The translations under genes were made by a program, and so were the position numbers. A stretch of DNA of 63,224 nucleotides, the filler included, from Phoronis australis (taxonomy: Eukaryota; Animalia; Phoronida): NCBI GenBank assembly GCA_002633005.1. It is 11 parts of 11 records of this genome, joined end to end, with 100 filler letters (N's around TTAATTAATTAA, not from the genome) between each part and the next. Parts side by side here need not be neighbours in the genome. Positions count along the whole stretch, not along the records: positions 3,702 to 25,306 come from NMRA01001004.1; 10 more parts are not named here. The stretch is one strand, 5' to 3'. Below the pieces are notes generated by a model. That model searched no databases, had not been told where the DNA came from, and saw only the letters and a program-made list of their open reading frames with translations. Positions 11,938-23,930 of this stretch are shown one piece after another. Numbering within the stretch: the stretch's first letter is position 1; every line of letters starts with the position of its first letter.

Positions 11938-12448
11938 GTCCATACCCTTTTTATGCGCCCATATATTTATATGAAAACAAACCTAATGCGATATTTCATG
12001 ACTCAATTTTAATACAAAACAATCTACCCTGCCATTATGTGATTGTGAAAGGCGGTGTCTCAAATGTAAAAGTGATATTACTGAAGCACTGCTCAATATA
12101 AGTTTTAATTCATCTTGGATTAATCCCTTCTAGGATTGGCACTGCAGTAGTCATCTAGTCATCTGATAATAACGATTGCTTGGAAGTAATCTACATCAAC
12201 TGGAAATGTTAGCAACCTCAGTTTTGTAACATTAGTAGTCTTGAACAATATCTGGTTTCATTAGGGTAGCTTTGGGATTTTTACTTCATTTTACTTTTAT
12301 TTATTAATTTATATTTTGTGTAACAAGTGACCTAGTTTACAGGATAAAGATGTGGAAGGAATATTACTTTAATATGATTTTAAAAACAATAACAATTATT
12401 TATAAGGAATAATTACTAACTGTACTAATCACCTGTATTGTGTTGTAG

Positions 12449-12541
12449 ATGGTGACTACCTCTGAAGACGTTCAAGATGACCTTTTGTGTGTTGTTTGGC
12501 CTATTGACTTCTTTGTACAGCTTGTGCATAACTTCTTACAG
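12449..12541 (+). CDS. EME1: EME1 exon 5 (MVTTSEDVQDDLLCVVWPIDFFVQLVHNFLQ)
   Basis: gttgtag| acceptor, CAG|GTAAGT donor, 93 nt, phase 0/0. Confidence 0.85.
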
Positions 12542-12836
12542 GTAAGTGTCATATGTAATCCACTGAATGTGACTAAATTCACCAATTCATTGTTCTTTAG
12601 ATTGGGATAGTAAACTAGTTGAATCGAGTCTCAACAGAAACCTTACTATGTGAAACAGGTGTTAAGTTCAATTAAAAGCTCAATATTAAACCTGTTATCA
12701 GGAGTCGACAACACCGTGATAATGACTTTTGTTATACAAGGAGACATGTCAATAATTATCTTAATGAGATTTAGTTATCCAACTTTTAGTTAATCATTAG
12801 ATGTAGCTTTTCACAACGTTTTTTTCTGATTTTCAG

Positions 12837-12952
12837 GAAAGGACTTCTCCTTGTGGCCGTGAAACTCTTCGGAGGTTTCTTGATAATGCTAAACGAATCT
12901 CCGGCTTTGGAAAAGTTACTGTATTTGTGTATGGAACTGAGCAATATTTTAG
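12837..12952 (+). CDS. EME1: EME1 exon 6 (ERTSPCGRETLRRFL...VYGTEQYFR)
   Basis: ttttcag| acceptor, AG|GTGATA donor, 116 nt, phase 0/2. Confidence 0.87.
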
Positions 12953-13976
12953 GTGATATTTTTGCTGCTAAAAATAGAACTGGTTAAATGATTTAGTCAG
13001 TTATTGTTATCGTTTTAGCTTAACTTTAAGTGACTGAGTATTTGGTTGACACGTGCAGTATTTTATTTGCTTATAAATTATAGCTAATAGATTATTTTAA
13101 TGAATGCTGTTCTGGTACCCGTAAGTTCCTGCTTTTTCCTACTTTTTGTTAAGATTCAATGATGACTAAATTTCTTGAATCTAACAAAGAACCATCTACT
13201 AGTAACAATATGAGAACTCAACTAGAATACATTAGTCATGCTAACTGTATCAGATTACTCGAGTTGTTTGATTACACAATGGCTTCTCCTTGACACGGGG
13301 AATTGTGGTATTCCAAGAAAGGCTGCTTGAAATAAGGGTGTCAAAGATGGCCCAGTGTTCATCCCTCAGTTACTAAAAGGAGGGAAGAAGATGAAGATTG
13401 CCTGGAATCATTTGGTTAAGTTTTGGTTTATAAAAGGGTATTCTCCATTTTATGAATACCTTCAGTTTAATTCATTCATTTCTTTTATCATGTATTTTTG
13501 AATTGGAGCTTCAGAGTTCATTTGTCTTGACCCACAGGGCTTCAAATCTATTGGTCAATATTGAAGACCTGTGGGTGATCAGTTTTTGTCTGTCGTTCTT
13601 ACATTCATAAATTTCAACTGAGGTAATTATGTGGGAGCTTACCCAGTTGCACTAGTTACACTACTTAACATAGGCATTATGGCTGACACAACTTTATTGT
13701 GTTTGTTGACTTGAGCTGAGCTAACATAGTGTCAATGACATTTTGCATGAATGAGGCGTGACGCAACCCTGAAAATAAGCTTGCAATAACCACTGATGGA
13801 GCATAGTCCAATAGAAGTTTGTGAACATTAGAGTTTCACTTAATATAACTTGTAATTATGCAATGGTTGCTCTAACTGTTACTACTTTTTCACACTTTTT
13901 TGGAAAAGCTGTTGGAAGGCCTGGTATTGTCAACTGGTCTGCTTTTCCATGTTTCATTGAGGGACACCTTTTGCAG

Positions 13977-14100
13977 AAACCTGAATTTAGCCATAAAAAG
14001 AAGTCACCGCGATGCTGTCCTTGGAGAAACCAGTAAAACAAAGGGTACAAAGAAGTGTGTGCAACCGTGCGTCTCTGTTTCGAGGATTGAAATTGAAGAG
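13977..14100 (+). CDS. EME1: EME1 exon 7 (NLNLAIKR...VSRIEIEE)
   Basis: tttgcag| acceptor in phase 2, GAG|GTTTGC donor, 124 nt. VSRxxxEE motif continues into ALVDLQL in exon 8. Confidence 0.88.
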
Positions 14101-14273
14101 GTTTGCTCAATATATTAACATTGTGACTATAGAGGGAGGTATTTGGGATCACAAAGTATGAACATATTGCCTGTTTTCCTATCAATATTTGCCATTCTTT
14201 AAGTCTGAGCGCTGGTCTATATCCCATCTTGGAAATGATAAATGCTCACAATGACTTTTTTCCACAATCTTAA

Positions 14274-15582
14274 AGGCGAAGGCAACCTTTTTTCATGTCA
14301 TTTTTAGCAAAAATAAGGTTCGTTGATTATCCCAGACATATTTTTCACTTATTTACTGATTTTCGTAATTTAATTAATTACTCGTCGTTTACTCCGGAAG
14401 TGACATTTTGGGAGGCAAGAATTTCGCGCCAATTTCTTTTCATATAGTCTGACTGTGAGAGCAGTCGAGTCAGTCATTGTTCTACCTCGGTTGTGATAAG
14501 TTCGGTCGTCGTTTGCTTTTGCTTACGAGTTAGTCAACATGCCACGCTGTTGCTGTGTACTGGGGTGTACTCATTATCGTTTCGCGTACAGAGGAAGAAC
14601 TGTCCCACTTGCCCGAGTGTCCCGCGACACACTCCCACTGAAGGGTGATCTGAGCACCCAAACTGCTTACATCCCGCCATGTGACTCCCTCGCCACATAC
14701 CTGGCACCTTCCAAATAGCTCCAATATAAGTCCACAATAAACTTATCAAACTTGGGCTCACCGATCTGTTCACTGGATGACGAACTGTCCTCTTCACTGG
14801 GTGTCAAACTGGGCCTGTATTCACTCCCACTACTCAACATCGCTGCAGGGCTGCTTACAGGCTCTGGGCTAGAGACAACAGGACAGGGTGAATCACTGCT
14901 AGTTCCCGGAATTGCACGCAATGCGGGTACGTTCGGAGGCATGGGTGACAGTAGATGAAGTGCCTCCAGTCACTGTATATAGTGGCCACAGCTCGCTAGG
15001 CTTCTCGCTTCAGTAACGCACTTCTCGGGGTTGGCGACGGGGCACTGCTGGGAATCAACAGCGACGATATGGTACCATTCTTCAGGCGTTGTTTCGCAGG
15101 GACCTTCATCATTTCAACGTACCTATCTGTCATAATCTGACGGCAGAAAATGCTTGCCAAACACTCTGTAACCCTCCACTGCTTTGTACGTTGCATGGAC
15201 GGGTAGCGCTGCGTTCTTCACATGAACGAGGTAGCCAAGTACGGCGAAGTGTGTCATCCTTCGGAAAGCAACGCAAGGTACCCAATAATGAGTACATCCT
15301 GGCACACAGCAACAGTGTGGCATGTTGACTGACTTGTAAACAAAAGCAAACGACGATCGAACTTATCACAACCGAGGTAGAACAATGACTGACTCGACAT
15401 CTCTCACTGTCAGACTATAATGAAAAGAAATTGGCGCGAAACTCTTGCCTCCCAAAACATCACTTCCGTAGTAGAGGACGAGAAATTAATCAACTTATGA
15501 AAAGCTGTAATTAAGTGAAAAATGTGTAATCAACAAACTTTATTTTTTCTAAAAGTGACATGAAAAAAGGTTGCTTTCGCCT
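14274..15582 (-). mobile_element. Kolobok-like DNA transposon derivative with about 300-bp inverted ends, in EME1 intron 7
   Basis: TTAA TSD (14270-14273, 15583-15586) and AGGCGAA...TTCGCCT termini. Frameshifted THAP domain (MPHCCCVPGC..FPKD..LRRTWL..KHF..RLK) and a KFIV..ELF..CQVC...WECVAGH..W.SS motif. DDE core absent. Confidence 0.8.
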
Positions 15583-15613
15583 TTAATAATGGTTAAGTTA
15601 CTGTGTTTTGCAG

Positions 15614-15729
15614 GCTCTGGTTGATCTTCAGCTGATGTCTGACATTGCTGTTCACTTGGTGGATTCCCATGAACTCATGGTGAAGAGATTGTACCACCTT
15701 ACCAAGTCTATAGCTGAAAAGCCTTTCAA
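15614..15729 (+). CDS. EME1: EME1 exon 8 (ALVDLQLMSD...LTKSIAEKPFK)
   Basis: tttgcag| acceptor, AA|GTAGGT donor, 116 nt, phase 0/2. Diagnostic EME1 ALVDLQL and TKxxAExPFK motifs. Confidence 0.95.
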
Positions 15730-15779
15730 GTAGGTTATTTATGAAAAGTTCTTTTCACATACTCACTGAAATTTGTTGT

Positions 15780-16018
15780 AGGAAGCAGGCAGGGAGGGAG
15801 AGAGGGAGCAAGGAAGGGTGGGTGGGTAGGAATGAAGGGAGAGATGGAGGCAGGAACGCAGGCAGGTAGTGAGGAAGGATAGAGGGTTGGAGGGAGGGAG
15901 AGCGGGAGGGAGGCAAAGGAGGCAGGAAGAGTCGGCAGGTAGGGATGAAGAGAGAGGTGGGAGGGAGGCACGCAGGCAGATAGTGAGGAAGGATAGGGGG
16001 TTGGAGGGAGGGAGAGAA
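15780..16018 (+). repeat. Purine-rich low-complexity tract (GGAG/GGCA/GGGA)
   Basis: Strongly G/A-biased + strand with internal duplication (CGCAGGCAG.TAGTGAGGAAGGATAG.GGGTTGGAGGGAGGGAGAG occurs twice). Confidence 0.85.
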
Positions 16019-17344
16019 ACATAGTAGTTTATTGTTTAAGTGGTATACAACAACAAGTACATGATTGGATAGCACCAAAGGCAGTCATATATTCATGTTG
16101 TTTTTATGCACCCACATATTTACGTGTATACTCTCAGATTTTACATTTCTCTGTTCCCCGTTAGTTGACTTTATCAATCGCGAGTAACAGTGCAGTTCAC
16201 TTTCAGGCGTAACTACATTCGAACTTACCCGGGAGCATTTACAAACAACAACATTTATGATACAAATAAACAGCCTAGAAGCACACCGTGTGCAGTGCAT
16301 TCATGGGTGCATTTCAATGCAGTGCATTCATGGGTGCCTTTCAATGCTCCGCATTGCTCTTGATTTTGTTATTTACCATTTGTTGATGTGTTCAATTATG
16401 TGCATGCAATTGCATTTTAATGCAAGTTAACAGCCTCGTGATATTCCTAAAACTCGTTTATCTGTGCCTAGCAATTGCCATTTTTTCTTATGGATAATAT
16501 TTTATAGCTGTCTGACCCGATACGCAATTGTGTAAGACTTGCAGTTAAATCAATTGAATATTGTGGAAAGTGCTTACTTGATCACCTTTATTATATTTGA
16601 GCATCATTTCATCACTAGTGATAAGTGGATGACTACTGTAGCGCCTCCTAGTGGATGGTTAATTAACAATTGCTTGTATTTCATTATCGTTATCATCATT
16701 GCTTTTGTGGGTCAAAATTATATTATCCATAATCACAGAGTTTATGTAAGTTATGATAAAGTTATTGGACATCCTTTGATTTGTTCATCTTTATTTGCCA
16801 ACAGCACTCTTTGCTGACCTCGTCTAATGAGTCAGATGAACTGTTGTTCTTGACTAGCTTGCAAAGTAGTCCGCTATCTTTTTAAAACTGCTTATTGGTA
16901 AGGCAGGTTATATAAATTCCTTAAATACCCAGTAATGTTTCTGGGGTAAAAACTTTCTTAATCTACTTAACCATGGCAGGCAATGTATTGTAGTGGCATG
17001 AACTGTAAATTGCATCGTTTTTTTAGAGTAAATACAGTGACTGACTTGCAGGGCAATTAAAGTGAATACAGAAACAAGGTGATTGTTGGGCCGATGACTT
17101 CACTCCTCTGTTGCTACATGCATGGTTAATTAGGACAAGGGGGTATATCACCAACATTGACTCTTTGAGATATCTAAAGATTAGGATTTTTTAGTGACAA
17201 CAATGCATTATTTGACAAAAATAGCTCGGCTTTTCACGACCTCCAACCCCGGGCATCTGACATAGAAAGTAGTTACAAAGCCGAGGCGAGTCGAGAAAGG
17301 TAGATCGATTCATTGCAATGTTTCTTGTTCAGTATGTGGTATAA

Positions 17345-17468
17345 ATAGATTATTACATGTTCTCAGTCGTTATCCCCCTTTTCTAGCAGCCCCTTGGGCG
17401 ATAATTCTCCAAAATCAACGAAGGCTCTAGAATATGGAGGATAACGACTTCGCCATGTAATAATCTAT
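17345..17468. mobile_element. Short foldback MITE, internally deleted copy; longer copy at 50204-50365
   Basis: TIR ATAGATTATTACATG / CATGTAATAATCTAT plus GTCGTTATCC / GGATAACGAC. Confidence 0.8.
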
Positions 17469-19887
17469 ATATCTCTAACATTTCGTAACTTCTCGTAACA
17501 AAAAATTGTTTATGTATGAAGTGAAGAATGTAAGGATTGCAAATGATTTTAATTTTGTTACAAATAGTGTTTTAAGCAGGCTTTCAAGTGTTCCTCCTTT
17601 TCCTACTTTTTCTTACTTTTTTGGTCTGTTCCCACTTTTCCTTTTTTTCTGAAATTCCTAATATTTCCTACTTTTTCTTACTTTTTTCTCACTGCTATAA
17701 AATTTCAGTCCAAGTTATGTTTTTGGAGTAGTGCGTAGTCATTAACAGCACACCAAGGAATTCCTCCAGCACAAGCGATGCTAACCTAAAGACTAATTGT
17801 AGTTGGAGAGCCAGCTGGACTTCACACTTTTGAGTGTAAAAGGTTTGAGTTTGTAGTTCTATTTCTATTGTATATCACCTACCATTAAAGGAAAGGGGCA
17901 TGTTGAATTGACAATCCTGGGGTTTGGTCCATGGGAAGTCGAAAAGAAGACTCAAAAATCCATTTAATTAAAATTTCGAGTGCAACGTCCATTTCAATTT
18001 TATTTCATTCCAACCACCACTCAAATTAAAATTATGCAAATTAAGACATGAAAATGCCTGGGGTTATTAATTGATACTACTAATTGATGCTACCAATTAC
18101 CACTGAATTAACACTTCATTACAACTTTTAAGTGCAAAAAATCTTCTTTTTCCAGAAGATAGTTTTATAGTAGCTCTGGACACCATAGCCACAACTTAAG
18201 ACACAATTTTACTTGGGGTTAGCAGATACGATAGGGGAGTTTGGACCCTAAGGGATAACGAGACCCCCATAATGAACTTGTATGAAAGAGGAAATGCTAC
18301 AATTTTTATTTCTGCTAGATAAAACATTATTTGAAATGAACAAAAATACAACTTAAGATACAAAAAGTCCTTTTGTTATTAAGACACTTATATTTAAATT
18401 AATGACTAATAAATGATTTATTTAAAGATGCATTTGCATGCTGCGAACTATGCTAATGTGCAGCAGGAACTAAACGACAATGCTAGTTGAACATAATCTA
18501 CGCTAAACAAAATGCAGTAGTATTCATTGTCAGCTTGTAAAATGTGAAAACTAGCTTTGTGCCAATGATGTACCCTGGGGGCTTACATAGCCCGCATCAT
18601 GCAGTGTCATTCCCCAACACTACGTCACAATACTTACTGGACACGGTTGAGTGATTTACGGCAGATTATTTTCGACACAAAACTTGTTCTTAAAAACATA
18701 TGGCAATTTTCAGCCTACATCATATTAACATGTGTTTCTAACTAATTTGACCAAGCAATCATCGAGATAAAGAATTTGCCTGCAGGTTCCATTTTAAACT
18801 TTTATGATCAGCCTTTCCACAGGTGAGGCAGCGATTAGTGGGAATAGTTGAATTAGTTGAAATGCGTGTTTGGTGTCTCTAAAATAGCAAACCTGTTGCT
18901 GATGTCGTGTTTGTACTCGGCCTCTGTGCAGGTGGCGCAGTGATTTGTGGGTTTAGATGAATTAGTTGAAATGTGTGTGTCTCTTAAATTGTCAGCCTAT
19001 CATGTGTGTTTTCTACTTGCTAACAGGTGTCGCATCGATTGCAGGGTATAGTTAGATAGGTTAAAACGGGTGCTTAGCCTTCGACAACCTATCGATGTGT
19101 GGCATAATGGTAGCTTGAAATATGTGACTTCGATAGGTTCTTAACGCTTATGTCTTAAAGATCATTCTTTGCACTTACGTGCTTCAGCACCTCCTAGTGC
19201 CAGCATCTATTAGAGTATGAGAAAAAAGAAACATAGGGGGTACGTATATGTTCTCAGTGTGAAGCAGACGGTTGACGAGGACGACTTCGAGTACTGTGGT
19301 GCCTCCTAGTGGCAGATTTGCTTTGGTTTGCTGCAGAATCTTTATTAAAGTTAATAAGTGTATTTATATGAAGTTAGCAGCTGACGGCGACGTCTTTCAG
19401 ACGAATCCGACGAACACTGTACCCCCTAGTGCCAATTTTTTTCTGTTTTCCTTTGTCTTATTTAAGTTTCTCGATGGCATGTTTCTGATTTCGAATGGAT
19501 TCGACTTATTTTGTGCCATCTAGTGGCCATTTTTACGATACAAATGAAACAATCCTAGAAGTACACCGTTTGGTGCATTCATGGGCACATCTGAACGCTC
19601 CGCGTTGCTCTTAATTTTGATTTGCATCATGCCGCAACTGGATGAGTAACATACATTCCATAATTACGGCCCTGTACATGTAAAACCAGCATGAGATGCT
19701 ATGAACCTCAAGCAAATTCCTACTGCGCAGTTTTAGGTTAACACCATGATGCCAAGTTAAGTTTGGTTAAAAATCCACCGTGCTTCTTATCTACAAAAGT
19801 TCTATTATACATTTTGTTCTTAGACCACTAAACCATCGCGGAGGAATTTTACAGAAGGTGAACATGTCTTGCCCTCGTTTGTTTCAG

Positions 19888-20068
19888 ACAAGGTCGCGAC
19901 AAATCGGGTTTTTCGTTTTACGTTGGCTCTGGAGGTGTCAAGCCAGATAAAGATGGCCGTGGCCTGCTAAAAGTATGGAGTGCTCAGCTACAACAGTTGA
20001 AGAATATCAGCCCTGACGTGGCTAACACAATAGTTATGGTATACCCCTCACCACGAGCACTGCTGGAG
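19888..20068 (+). CDS. EME1: EME1 exon 9 (KQGRDKSGFSF...GRGLLKVWSAQLQQLKNISPDVANTIVMVYPSPRALLE), HhH region
   Basis: gtttcag| acceptor in phase 2, GAG|GTACGT donor, 181 nt. GxGLxxVWxxQxQQ and YPSPxxL motifs of EME1. Confidence 0.95.
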
Positions 20069-20925
20069 GTACGTCTGATTGTTAACACAATAGTTTTGGT
20101 ATATCCCTCACCACAAGCACTGCTGGAGGCACGTCTGATTATTAACACAATAGTTATGGTATACCCCTCACCAAAATCACTGCTGGAGGTACGTCTGATT
20201 GTTAACGCAATAGTTTTGGTATACCCCTCACCACAAGCACTGCTGGAGGTACGTCTGATTGTTAACACAATAGCTTTGGTATACCCCTCTGACCACAAGC
20301 ACTGCTGGAGGTATTTCTGATTATTAACAAAACAGTTATGGTATACCCCTCACCACGAGCACTGCTGTAGGTAGGTCTGATTATTAACACAATAGTTATG
20401 GGATACCCCTCACCACGAGCACTGCTGGAGGTACGTCTGATTGTTAACACAATAGTTATGGTATACCCCTCACCACAAGCACTGCTGGAGGTACGACTGA
20501 TTGTTAACACAAATGTTATGGTATACCCCTCACCACGAGCACTGCTGGAGGTAAGTCTGATTATTAACACAATAGTTGTGGCATACCCCTCACCACGAGC
20601 ACTGCTGGATGTATATCTGATTATTACCACAATAGTTATGGTATACCCCTCACCACGAGCACTGCTGGAGGTAGGTCTGATTATTAACACAATAGTTATG
20701 GTATACCCTCACCACGAGCACTGCTGGAGGTACGTCTCATTATGAACACAATAGTTATAGTATACCCCTCACCATGAGCACTGCTGGAGGTACATCTGGT
20801 TGACTGTTAACACAATAGTTATGGTATACCCATCACCACTAGCACTGTTGGAGGTACCTCTGATTATTAACATAATATTTATGGTATACCCCTCACCACA
20901 AGCACTGCTGGAGGTACGTGTGATA
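20024..20925 (+). repeat. 60-bp tandem array (15 copies) made of the last 45 nt of EME1 exon 9, the donor and 15 nt of intron
   Basis: Unit AACACAATAGTTATGGTATACCCCTCACCACGAGCACTGCTGGAG|GTACGTCTGATTGTT; copy 1 is the true exon end. Confidence 0.96.
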
Positions 20926-22896
20926 ATTACTTAGTTTTAAAGTGCTCAAGCTCACTCGTCAATTATCTGCCTAATGTGTTTCTTTTACCATGCCATAAAC
21001 ATTCCCACTAAACGATATGACATCAAACCCCACTGATCAGGGAAAACTGTGGGGCTTGGCCGACTAAACTAGACTGTATTTATCCACCTTGGCTGTGTCA
21101 CGCTCAGCTCACGATCAAAGGGATCCCACCTAGCTGCTCTATGCATCGAGTCATGAGAGAGGATAATTGGCTTCACTCATGCAGATACGATCAGCTGATT
21201 ACAAACGGAGAGCGTTTTATATAGCTTTGAGTGTAATATTTGAAAAGAGGAGAGAGAAAAATGTACAACTTTGAATTTTTCAAATTGGCCCAAAATAAGA
21301 GATTTAGCAACACAACAACACTAACGATTACTTTCATGCGGCGCACACGAATACAAAAATATAGGACCCAAGTTAGGATAATAGAACTACTCTCTATGTT
21401 ATTTCAGTTGATCCATTCTTGTTGTTTTATTTACCGATTTATATTCTTCATTTCATGAAACAATAGTATCCTTGGGAGGATCTGGATCGCCTTATTTAGT
21501 TTCAGATATATTTTCGACGTTAATATTCCAAGTACGTTTATTATAGCTCTTATAAGCTGTAAAACGACGTTTAATTTCATTGAATGTGCTCATTCATTGT
21601 CATCTGTCAAATCGGAAATTTCTGAGATATGATCTGCGGCATAAGCATATGTATACAAAACACGGGATCGTTATGTTCATGAAGAACGAATATTAATAAG
21701 CTTTAGCATGCCGTTATTATTGACAGGGACACGATAAAACGAATTTGGATTTTGACAATAGTCTTGATACAGGGAGCTGACTGACTATAGGTACCACTGC
21801 GTCAGTGTCTCCGTTAGACCCAGAAATTTCACACAGCTCGGGTAGTTCAACTCGTCACTTCGTCCCCAACATGTAGATTGAGAATTAGGACTATTTATGT
21901 TATACTCCACGATAGAGCTAATGACCGTCGGCCTGTGCACACAAAATCTGTGAGTTAACCGGCACTCACCTTGCACGTTGTAGCCGTTTAAGTTAAAAAC
22001 AATCTAACAAACGCCATTTTCTTGCATAATCTTCCACCTTTTGGAACAAAAAAGTCTGTCGTCGATGGCCCGCATGCGCTCGCTCACTCTCATACGCAGA
22101 CGAACTTCATTAAAACAAATGTCACGCGACAGCAACATGTGTGTTCATCCAGACATTTTTCTCGTGTTGTGCGGTACGATGTAGCGTAGATTTGGACTTA
22201 ATCGCAATTAATGTGGACTCCACATGAACTTAAAAAATTGTAAAACATAAGGAGGATTTCAAGGGTAATTTGTTGAGTCGAAACTGTCAAGAATTCTAGT
22301 TTTCCTATTGACGATCGCGATTCAGCGATGTATCAGTCGGCAAATTTTCGCCCTGGGATTTCAGCACAATTTTGTGAAAAATGATCGTAATTTAACATCG
22401 GAGTTTGATAGCAATGCACCACAGTTTTGTAGAAAGACAGTCATAGGCTACAAATTTGTCACAAAGCGTAAATTTGATGAATCCTAGCTTACGATTTTAC
22501 CCGTTTCGGAAACCGGGTTTCAACTGTGTTAGGCTACAATAAGGCTTCTTCCATGTGAAATGAATTTTTCTAAGCGCCTGGGGCATTTATTAGAGCCAAT
22601 ACAGTATAGAGCTTTCTACCAAGGCTAGGTGATGCTACGAGATATTCTTTGTTGCTTGTAGGGATTGTTGCCAATTTTTGCTTGTTTCCATAGCATAATG
22701 ATGGCGGAAATGAAAACATTGCAAATTTGAATTTTAATGTTTGCATAATCCAGAAAATCAGAGGTCGGTAAACCAACTTTTTGAAAACATTTTCAGCGAA
22801 AGACTACTGTAGCAGAATATGCCCACTCTTTCAAAATTCCCATGAAGGTATTAACTATTCCATGCAGCATTATTTAACTGGTCTAGGCTAATTATC

Positions 22897-23930
22897 ATTT
22901 TTATGCGTCCACGTATTAATATGTGGACGCATTATGCCATCATCTCCGTCCGTCCCTCCATCCGGGCGGCGTCCGTCCAGCGTCTGCTGCTTTATCTCCA
23001 AAACTCTTTGACATACGTTCTTGAAATTTGTCACATAGGCCTATGTTCCATTCATGAATGGGACGACATGAGCTAACTTTCGGACAGATCCGACTACTGG
23101 TCTGCCCCCTAGTGGCAATTTTAGTTTTTACTCTGCGCGTGCAAGCGCAGAGTGCTGTTGTTCCTGTTTTTTTTCAGTTTTATTCTTATTCTTCTTATTA
23201 CTCTGCGCGTGTAAGCACAGAGTACTGTTGTTCCTGGGTTTTCTTCAATTTTATTCTTATTCTTATTACTCTGCGCGTGTAAGCGCAGAGTACTGTTGTT
23301 CCTGGGTTTTCTTCAATTTTATTCTTATTCTTCTTCTTATTCTTCTTCCGACCAACTTTGAGGCTTAATAACTCCAAAATGGGTGCAGGTATGTTCTTTA
23401 AATTCTGTATGTGATTTTTGGCAGTACATAAATTTTGATTCGTTATATAATCATAATCCATATTGCACCAGAAGAGTTCATTTGGTGCTAAGGTCATGTA
23501 ATTTTCAAAATGCTACTCCTTCATTTTTAAAGCTATTCTTTTCAAATTCGGTGCACAGGTATAAGTCAATAAGGCAATTTAAAAAAATACTTTTCTAAGT
23601 AATCTGGTCATCCAATCAGGTGAATCAGGTCAAAGGTCATTAGGTGCAAACTAAAATTTTGAGCTAGACACTTCAAAGTGACAGGTCTGATTGGCACAGG
23701 TAGTTAAATTTGGAATCCAAAGTTTCAGGTCATTTAGTGCAAAAATGGGGTCATTAGGTGCATTTTTCTTTTGAAATTTTGACCTTTTCAATCAGCAAGT
23801 ATTCTGATGTGTCAACCATTAGACAACTGTGATTCTCAGCATTAAACACATTTTCCATGGGCTTTGCAATAATTCTTCTAAAGATGCTTAAAATGCACCG
23901 GATAAGGTCAATTAGTGCAAAGGTCATGTA
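22897..23930 (+). mobile_element. Helentron-associated (HINE/DINE-like) non-autonomous repeats, nested or tandem heads
   Basis: T-run followed by hairpin ATGCGTCCAC...GTGGACGCAT and a CGTCCGTC microsatellite. A second head with hairpin CTCTGCGC..GCGCAGAG is repeated 3x (23130-23345) with (TTC/TTA)n. AGGTCA-rich body follows. Confidence 0.6.

Noticed and set aside
15735-16078. Pro/Leu/Ser-rich minus-strand ORFs
   Set aside because: Translation of a purine-rich low-complexity intronic tract.
19984-20745. Repetitive ORFs, or a CRISPR-like array
   Set aside because: Contiguous 60-bp tandem units with no unique spacers in a eukaryotic gene; only 19888-20068 is supported as exon.
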